IMG/VR virus record: IMGVR_UViG_3300023174_000034
Source of the DNA: a virus
Taxonomy: Duplodnaviria > Heunggongvirae > Uroviricota > Caudoviricetes
Reading direction: 5' to 3' (one strand)
DNA length: 64,000 bases
In this document: one piece after another, positions 8,420-18,461 of the stretch
Position numbering within the stretch: the first letter of the stretch is position 1
Layout: every line of letters starts with the position of its first letter
Notes under the pieces: generated by a model
Database searches by the model: none
The model's input: only the letters and a program-made list of their open reading frames with translations
What the model was told of the DNA's origin: nothing
Made by a program: the position numbers and the translations under genes

Positions 8420-9707
8420 GCCATTCCCAACGAAACGCTTTTTTGAGCTCATGGTTGTTTGAAATATTGTCATCAAAGAATTGTGCGCCATCGTTTGCAC
8501 CTCTTAGAACCCACTCAGCATTTGCTCCTGTTGCGTGGGTTCGCCATACATGTATGCGATAGTCTGTTTCTACACTAGGTTCATCCAGTTGCCACTGGCA
8601 CAGTTTACTCACTTCACGGAATGCTGTGCGCCACGCATGGTAAGGAGTAATAGCAAACTCTCCGTACACACTGGTCAGTGGAATTGATTCTGTAGCAAAG
8701 CTCATGGTAAAGTCCATACCGCCAATCTGTTCCCAAGGCTTGGAATTCAATATTGATTCCTTATGGTACATGATGATGCCCATGTGTCCATAACACAACC
8801 CATTGCTGGCATTTAGTGCGTTGAAGATATATTGCTTGGGTGCTTGCCAACGATCAGGTACAAAAGAGAAGTCCCAGCCTTCGTGTAGTCTTGTTTTGGC
8901 AAAGGTAGCATAAAACCAAGGTGTGGTACTTGTTGCGGCTGCGGCCTTTAAGGCATGTTCCATTCCTTCTACACCATGCACTCTTTGAGCTGTAGGAAAA
9001 CGGGCAACAAGTCTAGCCCAATTTTCATCTGCTTGTGGTTCATCGTAACTGATGAACACAATGTCTTGCTGTATACTTTGTACAGAGTTTACACGTACTA
9101 GATGCAGGTAATCATAAACCTGTGTCTTGAGGTAGTTTTGTGCTACTTTAGGCACAAGGCTGACACTATTATCCGCAGAAAAACTAATCAGCTGGTGGTG
9201 TTTTTCTCCCCACAGGCTAGGTTCAGTGTCTATGTGTGCTGTATATGTATTGCAGTTGAATAATTGATATTCGGATTGGAATTCCGTTGCCATAATTGTA
9301 GTGACCAAATCATTGTTGCCCACATGTACTTCGGGCCAGGCAACTCTTTTCGGGCCAGGGGAGTGATAGTTGACATCTTCGAACCATTCTAATAGTTCTG
9401 GCACCTGACGCTTGTATTCAGCAACAGGCACCAGCAGTATGTCTCCAAACTTTTGATCACCTGCGGCCCAACAATGTATTTGAGCAGCCTCCCATGGCAC
9501 TGGATCCCAATCAAATTCAAAGCCTACACAGTCTGAACAACTCATCACAATCCACACATGGCTTGTGCGAGAACGTTCTACACAACGCATGACAGTTGCC
9601 AGGACGCTGTGATAGTAGCGTGTGACTTGTGCATGTGGGTAACGCTGTTTGATTGACAGAATGTTTTGAGTGTGACTGCCTAGATCAACAACAAACATGT
9701 CATGCAT
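8379..9707 (-). CDS. glycosyltransferase-like protein (paralogue of 17207..18121) with degenerate N-terminal repeats
   Basis: DIVFISYDEP, NGLCYGHMG, TPYHAWRTAFRE shared with 17207..18121; FAK at the DxD position. Confidence 0.6.
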   Translation of the reverse strand: MHDMFVVDLGSHTQNILSIKQRYPHAQVTRYYHSVLATVMRCVERSRTSHVWIVMSCSDCVGFEFDWDPVPWEAAQIHCWAAGDQKFGDILLVPVAEYKRQVPELLEWFEDVNYHSPGPKRVAWPEVHVGNNDLVTTIMATEFQSEYQLFNCNTYTAHIDTEPSLWGEKHHQLISFSADNSVSLVPKVAQNYLKTQVYDYLHLVRVNSVQSIQQDIVFISYDEPQADENWARLVARFPTAQRVHGVEGMEHALKAAAATSTTPWFYATFAKTRLHEGWDFSFVPDRWQAPKQYIFNALNASNGLCYGHMGIIMYHKESILNSKPWEQIGGMDFTMSFATESIPLTSVYGEFAITPYHAWRTAFREVSKLCQWQLDEPSVETDYRIHVWRTHATGANAEWVLRGANDGAQFFDDNISNNHELKKAFRWEWLRAFFQSRYEPDQ

Positions 9708-10779
9708 CTTCGTTTCTCCACGTGTACTCGTATGTGCGTGTGTGCTCGCTAGTCTCAATTGAATAGATATTAAGATGCTTGGTCAACAAGTCCCATACTG
9801 CATACGGGTCAGTTGTTCCAAATGCTTGCTCTACATCAACATCACCAATGTGTAAGTATCCTAGACTGTTGTTGATATCTGTGGAATCAATATTGTTGTC
9901 AGCAAGCCATTGCTTGAACTCTGTCATCTGTTTGTCGTGCCAATCAAACACACCATCCACAATAGTCTTACCCCATTCAATATCAAACTCGCCTGAGTAG
10001 TATTTGAGTTGTGTGATTGCTTCGCACACGGTTTCTGTTAACACAGGGGCATTTTCATCTCTAAATACTTCAAAGTAGGTTTTACCTATTTGCGCCCAGT
10101 GCATGTACACTCCACCGAGCTTGCGGTTGAATCCATTTTGTGCAAATCCCACACGGTGTTCATCTGTTAGTTCATAACGTGGTGCATTATGGAATGTGGT
10201 GATCTGTACAGGGCGTGTCCACTCAGGCAATAGCATGTGTTTGCGTTGGCTCAGTACCAAGTTTTCTATTTCGTGGCATAGTGTGTTAAGGCGTCCCATT
10301 GCTTGACGTATGTGTGCAGGTGCCGCACGAAAGTAATTGCTAGGAGATTCAACTGTGCCTTGCAGTCTTTCAAAGTGATTGTGTATGCGATTCATTATTT
10401 CATGCTTGGTGCTATGAAACAACATCTCCGGAAACATCTGTAGTGGTGCAACATACTCTGGTCCATAGCGTACCACATCTGGTGCGAACCAATCCTCAAT
10501 ACGATATTGCGGAAGATCATGCTGTTGCCAGTTGTAAGTGTTGAGCGTATAGATGGCTCGATTCATCTGCTCGCACAAGTATTCTATGTCGCGAGGTGTG
10601 TCTGGAAAGCCCAAAAAGCAGTAGCTCTTGTTAAGGCGTAGTCCACGTTTGAGTATGTCGTTTAGTCCTGCTAGCCAATCCTTTGCAAGTGCATGATCTG
10701 CGGCTGTGATTGTGTATACCAGATCATTGTTTGTGTCTGGATCTCTTAGCGTTACTCTGATTTGATTTGTTTCCACCAT
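9700..10779 (-). CDS. hypothetical protein embedded in the radical SAM cluster
   Basis: 359-aa ORF overlapping both neighbours. Confidence 0.8.
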   Translation of the reverse strand: MVETNQIRVTLRDPDTNNDLVYTITAADHALAKDWLAGLNDILKRGLRLNKSYCFLGFPDTPRDIEYLCEQMNRAIYTLNTYNWQQHDLPQYRIEDWFAPDVVRYGPEYVAPLQMFPEMLFHSTKHEIMNRIHNHFERLQGTVESPSNYFRAAPAHIRQAMGRLNTLCHEIENLVLSQRKHMLLPEWTRPVQITTFHNAPRYELTDEHRVGFAQNGFNRKLGGVYMHWAQIGKTYFEVFRDENAPVLTETVCEAITQLKYYSGEFDIEWGKTIVDGVFDWHDKQMTEFKQWLADNNIDSTDINNSLGYLHIGDVDVEQAFGTTDPYAVWDLLTKHLNIYSIETSEHTRTYEYTWRNEDA

Positions 10780-12065
10780 GCTAATACTTCTGGCCTTTGT
10801 GCTAATATGTGTTCTAGTGTGTATGTATCTCTGCGGTATGCTTCCAGATTGGAAACTGTATACTTGGCTTTGCGTTGACCTGCAAGGTATGTGTCAGGCC
10901 AGTGTTCTTCAAATGTAGACTGTGTACGTAGTTGATCGAACAAGTCTGCCACATAGTGTGCATCTGTTCCTAGCTCTGCTTCGATGTCATTGATCCAGGC
11001 GTTTAGCAGTTCACGCGGCAGTATCTGTGGACTCATGCTAATGGCAGGATCAAACGCAAAACACAATTTGGTAAGCAAGTCTACATCGTACTCTTTGGCC
11101 AGCTTAACAATGTTCACAACTTCTGTCAAGCCGGGTAAAGTAAGAGTAAAGTCAATTCTCATCTGCCTTTTATGTCGTTGGATTGCAAGCCCTGCTTCGA
11201 AGTTGGTTCGCCATTGACTGTAGTCAAGACCTGTTCTGATGTATTCGCCGGTTTGCGATGTTCCGTCAAGACTTGCACATATTTGATAATCTCGGAGATT
11301 AACAAGTATATCCCTGTACAGATTACTACCCCGGTAATCAATGCGGCTAAGATTTGTATTATATCTACTATAAACATTACGTCCATCTCCTAATTCAATG
11401 ATGCGTAGCATGTACTTCCAATGCTGTTCGTACATGAGTGGCTCTCCACCTACCCAATACACTTCTTCTACCCTGTGTTCTTCTACTGCTGTGGCAAACT
11501 CTTGTTCTACCGTGCTGTCTTGGAACGCTGTGATTTCTGCCTTGACATCCGGTTTCATCCAAAGATTATCAGGGTGCTCCCAATAGTCCTTGGTCACTGC
11601 ATTCATACCTTTGAGTTCAGTTTCCCAACTGCTACTCAACTTGTCACCACACATGCGGCATTTGAAGTTGCACAGGTTACTGAAGCGGTAATCCCAGCTC
11701 ACGGGCTTCATTGTTGTACTACCATCCGGTGCAGTGGACGCTTGTACTTGCGCCCACTTGTGACCAAATAGATTGGTAAAGTAATCGCGGTATACAGATG
11801 AATTTAACAGTTTGTTGTTACATACGTCACACTCCGGTATTGTTTCTCCGCTGAGCATACGCTGGCGCACGGATCGCATGTGTTCTCCGTTCCAATGATC
11901 TTCTAGCGTGATAGGTATGTATCGACCAGTGCCGGCACTGGTATCAATATACTGCATGAAGTTTTGTGCAGGTTCACGACTTGCACAACACAGCCTACGC
12001 TCAGTTTGTGGACTTAGGTATGTGTGCGTCCACGGAGCAAGGCATAGATTATTAGGTTTTTCCAT
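10752..12065 (-). CDS. radical SAM enzyme with N-terminal Twitch/SPASM-like Cys cluster
   Basis: CLAPW..RLCC..CDVC then CNFKCRMC, GGEP, YNTN. Confidence 0.9.
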   Translation of the reverse strand: MEKPNNLCLAPWTHTYLSPQTERRLCCASREPAQNFMQYIDTSAGTGRYIPITLEDHWNGEHMRSVRQRMLSGETIPECDVCNNKLLNSSVYRDYFTNLFGHKWAQVQASTAPDGSTTMKPVSWDYRFSNLCNFKCRMCGDKLSSSWETELKGMNAVTKDYWEHPDNLWMKPDVKAEITAFQDSTVEQEFATAVEEHRVEEVYWVGGEPLMYEQHWKYMLRIIELGDGRNVYSRYNTNLSRIDYRGSNLYRDILVNLRDYQICASLDGTSQTGEYIRTGLDYSQWRTNFEAGLAIQRHKRQMRIDFTLTLPGLTEVVNIVKLAKEYDVDLLTKLCFAFDPAISMSPQILPRELLNAWINDIEAELGTDAHYVADLFDQLRTQSTFEEHWPDTYLAGQRKAKYTVSNLEAYRRDTYTLEHILAQRPEVLAWWKQIKSE

Positions 12066-13245
12066 ATCCCATTGCCTCGGCTATTTCGGTGTGTGTGTCT
12101 GCAAAGTTTTCTTTACGGTTAGCATCTGTTCTTTTCATGAACTCACAGAACCCTGTGCCATCTGTGCTTGTTCCGTTTTGTATAAAGCGGATAATACCTT
12201 CAACATCGTTGTGATACTTAGGATGGAAGATTCCATCACGTAGTTTTTCAATGACTGTTTCTTTTGCACAATCTCGCATGTGCCCAATATTCATATGAGG
12301 AGGATCGTGTAACATGTTTACGTAGGCCATGTTGAATCCTTGCGTGTCAACCCAACGGCATAGGTCTTCAAAGTAGTACACGTTCTGTACATTGATTGTC
12401 ATGCAGACTTGTAGTGTAATATTTCGTGACTCACGGCGTAGTTGTTTAGCATGTTCTATGTTGGCGCAAACCTCATTCCACTTTGCACCACTGCGTTCTA
12501 TTTCAAACTTAGTACCAATGTTGTCTATGCTAAATGCAATTTCTACATTCTTGAAATGTCTCCAAATATCCACAAGCTCTGCGTCCCATGTGGTGCCATT
12601 TGTATTGTAATGTATACTGATGTCTTTGGCGCAACCTAAGTCAACTGCTTGCTGAAGTAAATTAAAGTGTTCTTTAATAAGAAAAGGTTCACCACCTGTA
12701 AATTCAAAATACTTCACCTGTGGTAACAATGTTCCTAGATCTGTCCAGAATGTGTCTGATTTGCGTGGCCATTCACCTGCTCGTAATTGCAAGTATGCGC
12801 GAGTAGTTTTAGGATCACTGATTGTTTGATAATCCATTTCTTCTTGTGCCCACTTGCTACTTGACCATGTGCCGCATATACGACATTTCAAATTGCAGAT
12901 GTTGCCTAGTTTCAAATCAAGGAACCATAGTTGGTCAGGACTGGTATTGTACCAGTCTACTTGTGCTGTTTGATTTGCGAACTTTCGTAGGTGCCATTGT
13001 CGTTTGCTAGTACGACCAGCATCCTCTTCCGACCAACAGCGTTGACAAGTTTCAGGGCGTTCGGCATTTAAGAACTGCTGTCGTAGCTGTTGCATACTTT
13101 CACTCTTGTATGCTGTGGTCAAACCATCTGCAACTGTCAACCCGGGTATTTCCTCTGTGGCAAGACAACAAGGACGCAATGCACCCGTTGGTGTGGTCTC
13201 CATTGAGATCCAAGGTAATATACAGATCTTAGGGTGTGGGAGCAT
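12052..13245 (-). CDS. radical SAM enzyme with N-terminal Twitch/SPASM-like Cys cluster
   Basis: CILPW..RPCC..CQRC then CNLKCRIC, GGEP, YNTNG. Confidence 0.9.
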   Translation of the reverse strand: MLPHPKICILPWISMETTPTGALRPCCLATEEIPGLTVADGLTTAYKSESMQQLRQQFLNAERPETCQRCWSEEDAGRTSKRQWHLRKFANQTAQVDWYNTSPDQLWFLDLKLGNICNLKCRICGTWSSSKWAQEEMDYQTISDPKTTRAYLQLRAGEWPRKSDTFWTDLGTLLPQVKYFEFTGGEPFLIKEHFNLLQQAVDLGCAKDISIHYNTNGTTWDAELVDIWRHFKNVEIAFSIDNIGTKFEIERSGAKWNEVCANIEHAKQLRRESRNITLQVCMTINVQNVYYFEDLCRWVDTQGFNMAYVNMLHDPPHMNIGHMRDCAKETVIEKLRDGIFHPKYHNDVEGIIRFIQNGTSTDGTGFCEFMKRTDANRKENFADTHTEIAEAMGYGKT

Positions 13246-14539
13246 GTTTACGTAGTGCTTCTAGTTCTGGAAATGTAGCAAAAAAATCTTCATCTCGCAA
13301 TTTATCTAGCTCTGTAGTACGACTAAAGAATGTACTAAGCCAATGGTCATCAACAGTCTGTGCATCCATGAAGCTTAACATACCTCGGTACCCACTGGTG
13401 GCACGAGTTAGTTTGTCCTGCGGTTCCAACCATTTGATATGTTCTTCAATCTTCACACGTATCTGATCTTTTACTTCTTGCGGCAGGCAATCAATGCGGA
13501 ACCAATTTGGGCTTTGCAAAATGTTGATGTTAAAATCGTGTGGTTTGATCAATCCTAATTCAACCCATTCGCGATGAAAGTCTGCAATGTGCATTGCATT
13601 GTATATGCTGACTGTTGCACTAACATAGAAATCCACTTTGGGACAAATCTCTAACATGCGTTGACGATTCTTGACTGTTTCTTCCCAGTCTTGTCCTTTG
13701 CGAATATACTCGCCGCGGGCGCCGCTTGCGTCTAGACTAGCACCAACACTTACCACATCAAATTTCTTCCACAGTTCAAGTACGTCTTGATCTTTGTATG
13801 CCAGCTTGCTGAAGTTTGTGTTATAGATTAGTCGGACATGAAACATTTCACGCTTGACTAATTCGTTGAGCAAACGATAGTGTTCTTCCATGATAAGTGG
13901 TTCACCACCAGCAAAGTAAATTTGGTCCAGATGCGGAATATGCTCTTGCATTTGTTCCCACATGTCTTCATCTGTTTTACCAGCAAACATAATGCGCGGA
14001 TGACCACGATCGCCGTAGAGTTTGACTTCATCGTTGTACCAGTTGCTGGAAAAAATACTTCCACAACTGCGACAACGGAAGTTACACACGTTGGAGAAAC
14101 GAATATCGTAGTAGCGAAGTTTGAAATCTTCTACTGTGCCATCTTCTAATGTGTCGTCTACCAGTGCAATATGTTGTCCAAAGTTTTGACTAGTGCTGTG
14201 GCGCATACTAACAAATCCTGCTTTTTCTTGTTCGTAACACCGACCACACTCTTTGCTGGGTTTGCGATTAAGCATGTTCACACGCATGTCTCGCATGCCT
14301 TGGCTGTTCCAAACTTGTTTCATTGACTGTTCTTTAAGGTTACCAATGGGCATGTTGTATTCGCCCATACAGCAAGGATATGCACGACCATCTGGAAAGG
14401 CGTGCATGTGGATCCAGGGTATCATGCAAAAGTGTGGGTCTGTGGTCAACAGATCTTGATGCCGTTCTGGCATGGCATGTAAATTAGCATGGATAGGAAT
14501 CCTGCTGTTGTAAGTGTAGTCTTTAGGGTATTTGCTCAT
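13229..14539 (-). CDS. radical SAM enzyme with N-terminal Twitch/SPASM-like Cys cluster
   Basis: CMIPW..YPCC..CGRC then CNFRCRSC, GGEP, YNTN. Confidence 0.9.
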   Translation of the reverse strand: MSKYPKDYTYNSRIPIHANLHAMPERHQDLLTTDPHFCMIPWIHMHAFPDGRAYPCCMGEYNMPIGNLKEQSMKQVWNSQGMRDMRVNMLNRKPSKECGRCYEQEKAGFVSMRHSTSQNFGQHIALVDDTLEDGTVEDFKLRYYDIRFSNVCNFRCRSCGSIFSSNWYNDEVKLYGDRGHPRIMFAGKTDEDMWEQMQEHIPHLDQIYFAGGEPLIMEEHYRLLNELVKREMFHVRLIYNTNFSKLAYKDQDVLELWKKFDVVSVGASLDASGARGEYIRKGQDWEETVKNRQRMLEICPKVDFYVSATVSIYNAMHIADFHREWVELGLIKPHDFNINILQSPNWFRIDCLPQEVKDQIRVKIEEHIKWLEPQDKLTRATSGYRGMLSFMDAQTVDDHWLSTFFSRTTELDKLRDEDFFATFPELEALRKHAPTP

Positions 14540-15860
14540 AGAATTCCTTTAGCTCAGGGAAAGTTTCGATAAAGTTCTTTCCTCTGCGTTGATCATATTG
14601 TGTGTAAAATTGTTTGAAGTCGTTTTGCATCCTGGGCAACTCTGGTCCAGTCACTGGCTCTTGCAAGTAGTCGTGCAGGCGAGTCAGTTGATTGATTTCG
14701 TGTTCGTGCCATAGCTCGCTACCTTTGTGGTTATCCAGGAATGTTGCAATTTCCATTGCATACAGTTTGCGGTCTGCCAGCGAAAGCACGTACACGCCTT
14801 GGAAACTTGGAAAGCGTAAAATGTTAAAGCTCATGCTAGGAAAATCTCTACCATATGTTTTCTTAAGCATCATCATTGTGGTCAAGAAAACAGGCAGGCC
14901 TGGCAAACATAATGCGTTGATTGTACACATAACATGCAGTCCGCGGATGCCACTGGTCGCTAGTTTCTCTACATTTGCCAACCAGGCTTTCCAGTCTAGT
15001 CCATCACGAATGTATTCAGCGTGTAAGCCAACTGCCTCACAACTGGTGTACACGTCTAGTTCAATGCCCTGGGTAGATTCAATCAAGCGGTCCACATCAA
15101 CTTCCCGACCAAGATTTGTGTTGATAGCTAGACGTGTGCTCGAACGTCCTTGGTTTTGTTTGAACCAGTCAATGAGTTGCCAGGTGTGAGCTGACATGAG
15201 TGGCTCTCCTCCGGTGATGCGGAGTTCTGTAAGGGTGCGGTGTAGGTCAGTTTCCCACCACTTGAAAAAAGCCTCCACATACGGATTAGTTTCACCGAAT
15301 TTATAAAGTTGACTACTATCATGAGCATGAGTAAAATGACCGCGCCCGTCTGATACCAGGTTAATGTAGGGTCCGTTTTTACGTATGTCATTAACCCAAG
15401 TACTACTAAAAGCAGGGTTGCAATAAGAACAAGCAAACTGGCAAGTTCTGTCAAAAGCAATTTCCAACGTGCGAAGGTTGAAGTCGGTATAACTTGGTCT
15501 GGCGAATGCAACATTTAGGTCCTCCTCGGAATGTATCACAGTTTTATAAACACGATCGGAAATGGCATCCTTGTTCATGTCTTCGATCTTCCAGCAGTAA
15601 TCGCAGCCTGCTGGGCGTTCACCACGTTGCATCTGTTCACGCTCTTTTTTCTTTTGCGTGGTATTGTGCAATGCGGCAGGGTTAGTTTTAATTTCATCCA
15701 AGTCAATGGCATGTGGTAACGGATGATGACAACTGGTTGTTTGTCCGCTACCCAACCATATGGTAGCATTGTACCACTTGGCTCCACAGAAGCTTGACGA
15801 CTTGATGTCGATTACTCTGCGTTTGTATTCAAGGTCTGTTTCGTTATTCTGTTTCGGCAT
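14523..15860 (-). CDS. radical SAM enzyme with N-terminal Twitch-like (CxH) cluster
   Basis: CGAKW..SCHH..CDYC then CQFACSYC, GGEP. Confidence 0.9.
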   Translation of the reverse strand: MPKQNNETDLEYKRRVIDIKSSSFCGAKWYNATIWLGSGQTTSCHHPLPHAIDLDEIKTNPAALHNTTQKKKEREQMQRGERPAGCDYCWKIEDMNKDAISDRVYKTVIHSEEDLNVAFARPSYTDFNLRTLEIAFDRTCQFACSYCNPAFSSTWVNDIRKNGPYINLVSDGRGHFTHAHDSSQLYKFGETNPYVEAFFKWWETDLHRTLTELRITGGEPLMSAHTWQLIDWFKQNQGRSSTRLAINTNLGREVDVDRLIESTQGIELDVYTSCEAVGLHAEYIRDGLDWKAWLANVEKLATSGIRGLHVMCTINALCLPGLPVFLTTMMMLKKTYGRDFPSMSFNILRFPSFQGVYVLSLADRKLYAMEIATFLDNHKGSELWHEHEINQLTRLHDYLQEPVTGPELPRMQNDFKQFYTQYDQRRGKNFIETFPELKEFYEQIP

Positions 15861-17217
15861 GGTATTTACACAGGCTCCAAAATTCTTTCATCTCACCAAA
15901 TGTTGCCAGGAAGTCAGTAGACCTACGTCTGTCATGTTCTGCAAAGAAACGATAAAAGTCTGCACGATCATGTTTCAATGATGTAGTGTCTTGTGGTTCG
16001 CGCATCCAAGCAAGGTTGCGTTCCATACGTTGTATTTCATAATCCTTGAAGCCAACAAAGCCGTCATCTTTAAGTTCGTTTTCACGCATCCACTCAATGA
16101 CTTTTTCTAGCTTGTAGGCATAGCTCTCGGGCAGGATTTGTAAACTCTGCCAGCGTGGTTGTCTCAGCAGTGGTGTGTCGAACCACACACGTTGATATGT
16201 TCTACTGTGTCTAGCACGTAGTTCAAGAATGTAATCTAACAAGTCTTGTAAGCCTGTGATGTTTAGATTGTTCATTGTGATAATGAATGTAAGGCTGTTC
16301 TTGTACGGAATGTCTGTGAGATAACTATCCACATTGTTCAAGCAACGTTCAAATTCTAATCCATCTCGTAGATATTCAGCTTGGTCGGCCACACCAGTAT
16401 CCAGGCTCACATACTGCATGAAGTGTTCTATTTGTGTGTTACACAGACGTTTGACATAGCCAAGATACTTGTCCATTAGCTTTTGTTCTACACTAAAATT
16501 ACTTGTAACGTCAAGATGTAGATCTGGCTTGGGCAATGCCAACACATAGTCAAATACTCTGTATGTGTTGTAATCCATCAGCGGCTCGCCGCCTGTCATT
16601 CGGAAGTGTTTGAGCCGGGGATAGAGACTAGGCCACCACTCCCAAAATGCGTCAACATAAGGGTTATGCTCTCTGGCAGGAATAGGACGACGGCTACCAG
16701 TAAAATGCTCAGGGGCATTGTGAGGTACACGAGTAGGCCAAGCACCGAAGGTGTTTGTTTCTCCTGCCCATGCACTACTAAACTGTGGACTACAGTAACT
16801 ACATTTAAGATTGCAAGCATGATTAAAATTAACTTCAACATAACTTGGAACGACATCTTCATCTCCTATGGCATTTTTAATTGGATGTAAATATTCGGCG
16901 GCCCAGGGCTCACCGCTACGATAATGCCTGTCACTCAATTGCCCATTGTCCTCGGCTGACCAGCAATAGCTACATTCGTCTGGACGTTCATTCTTCAGCA
17001 TGATCACACGCTGTTGTTTCTTGTATGGCGTATTGTGTAGAGCACTAGGATTGTCTGCCAACAGCTCTGTAGGAATCTTGTGCAGTGGCGGGTGATAGCA
17101 TGAGTTAGTCATGCCTGTTGTTAGGTGCAGACTGACCTGTTGCCATTTGGCCAAACAGAGACTAGGACCCAGTATGTCCTTCATTTCTTCGGCGGCGTAT
17201 TTGAACTCACTGGTCAC
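15844..17217 (-). CDS. radical SAM enzyme with N-terminal Twitch-like (CxH) cluster
   Basis: CLAKW..SCYH..CSYC then CNLKCSYC, GGEP. Confidence 0.9.
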   Translation of the reverse strand: MTSEFKYAAEEMKDILGPSLCLAKWQQVSLHLTTGMTNSCYHPPLHKIPTELLADNPSALHNTPYKKQQRVIMLKNERPDECSYCWSAEDNGQLSDRHYRSGEPWAAEYLHPIKNAIGDEDVVPSYVEVNFNHACNLKCSYCSPQFSSAWAGETNTFGAWPTRVPHNAPEHFTGSRRPIPAREHNPYVDAFWEWWPSLYPRLKHFRMTGGEPLMDYNTYRVFDYVLALPKPDLHLDVTSNFSVEQKLMDKYLGYVKRLCNTQIEHFMQYVSLDTGVADQAEYLRDGLEFERCLNNVDSYLTDIPYKNSLTFIITMNNLNITGLQDLLDYILELRARHSRTYQRVWFDTPLLRQPRWQSLQILPESYAYKLEKVIEWMRENELKDDGFVGFKDYEIQRMERNLAWMREPQDTTSLKHDRADFYRFFAEHDRRRSTDFLATFGEMKEFWSLCKYHAETE

Positions 17218-18121
17218 GTGTCATTATCCCTTTGTTTTGAAAATTGCTTTTGTAATGATGTTTGAAGAACGCACTAGGCTCTGGATCTAGATCTACAATA
17301 TTCAAGTCTAGTTGTTTGCGAAGTTTTTCTCCTAGTTCATTACACTCATCAGGGCCGTGATTTTGATACATAGCCCACATGCGTTCTAGTTCATCAAAGT
17401 CTTGTACCTGTGTGTAGTCCCAGTTGCTTAACATAGTTAAACTGGTTCCACGGCGTGCGCCATAGATGGCCCAGAAGCCATTAGGATCATCTGCGCCAAC
17501 GCTTTGCCATATGGTCAAGTTATCTAGATTACGACTATGCACACGCTGTTTGAAATCACTTAGGCTAGGTCGTGCTCCGCGATCCAGACACATCTTTACA
17601 CCTTCACGGAATCCTGCTCTCCATGCTTGAAAAGGAGTTTGATTGGGATATGTTGTTGAATAACAATCGTGCATGGCCCAGTAGCGTGGATCAAAGCAAA
17701 ACTCTACCTGTGTTTCTGCACGACCATCTGTTGCTTCGTGTGTACGCATGGCGTTGACAAAGTCTTTGGTCCAACAACTTAATCCACCATTGCCATACAT
17801 CAGTCCATTAACCACATTACGTGCTCGCCAGCGAAATACACAATCACGATTGCTGTCGTCCAATTCAAGTTGGAGATTAAAAAAGCCAACATCAGGAATG
17901 TTGTCACCGTCAATAAGAATAAATCTATCAGTGCTACTGGCAGACGCCGCGGCTTTGTGTGCCGCATCACTTCCTTTGATACCGTCAACTCGTTTTGCCC
18001 AAGGAACCATGTTTTTAATTTTGATCCAAAACTCATCTTTTTTAGGCTCGTCGTAGGTCAGGAACACGACATCTAAGTCAGCTATGTCTACTAGTTTTTG
18101 AGTACTGTTTGATTGTGTCAT
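17207..18121 (-). CDS. putative GT-A fold glycosyltransferase
   Basis: DVVFLTYDEP N-terminal strand; AHKAAA helix followed by FILIDGDN (DxD), in GT2-like spacing. Confidence 0.65.
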   Translation of the reverse strand: MTQSNSTQKLVDIADLDVVFLTYDEPKKDEFWIKIKNMVPWAKRVDGIKGSDAAHKAAASASSTDRFILIDGDNIPDVGFFNLQLELDDSNRDCVFRWRARNVVNGLMYGNGGLSCWTKDFVNAMRTHEATDGRAETQVEFCFDPRYWAMHDCYSTTYPNQTPFQAWRAGFREGVKMCLDRGARPSLSDFKQRVHSRNLDNLTIWQSVGADDPNGFWAIYGARRGTSLTMLSNWDYTQVQDFDELERMWAMYQNHGPDECNELGEKLRKQLDLNIVDLDPEPSAFFKHHYKSNFQNKGIMTRDQ

Positions 18122-18461
18122 ATTCTTCCCCTGCCTCTAATAGCAACGCCATATGGTTAGCGACAGCTTGATATTCACCTTCAGAGGTTTGATGTAATTT
18201 TACTATATGTGTCCGTGTTTTGTCAAGTTTTATTAACTTTCCACTGACTATTTTATACTGGGTGACATTACGGGCTTGGTCACTTGTTATGTCAATCCAT
18301 GAGTATTCTAAATCAGGCCAGTCTGGGCCATTGGCCACAGTTACAAAACGGTCAGCATCGTGATACACTCGCCATTGGTCACGTGGGGGATGTTGTGCCA
18401 GCTGTTGCTCTATGACAGCATACTCAAGTATTGCTTGTTCAAATGGCGTTGGCATAGTCAT
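18078..18461 (-). CDS. hypothetical protein
   Basis: ORF overlapping both neighbours in the cluster. Confidence 0.7.
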   Translation of the reverse strand: MTMPTPFEQAILEYAVIEQQLAQHPPRDQWRVYHDADRFVTVANGPDWPDLEYSWIDITSDQARNVTQYKIVSGKLIKLDKTRTHIVKLHQTSEGEYQAVANHMALLLEAGEEYDTIKQYSKTSRHS

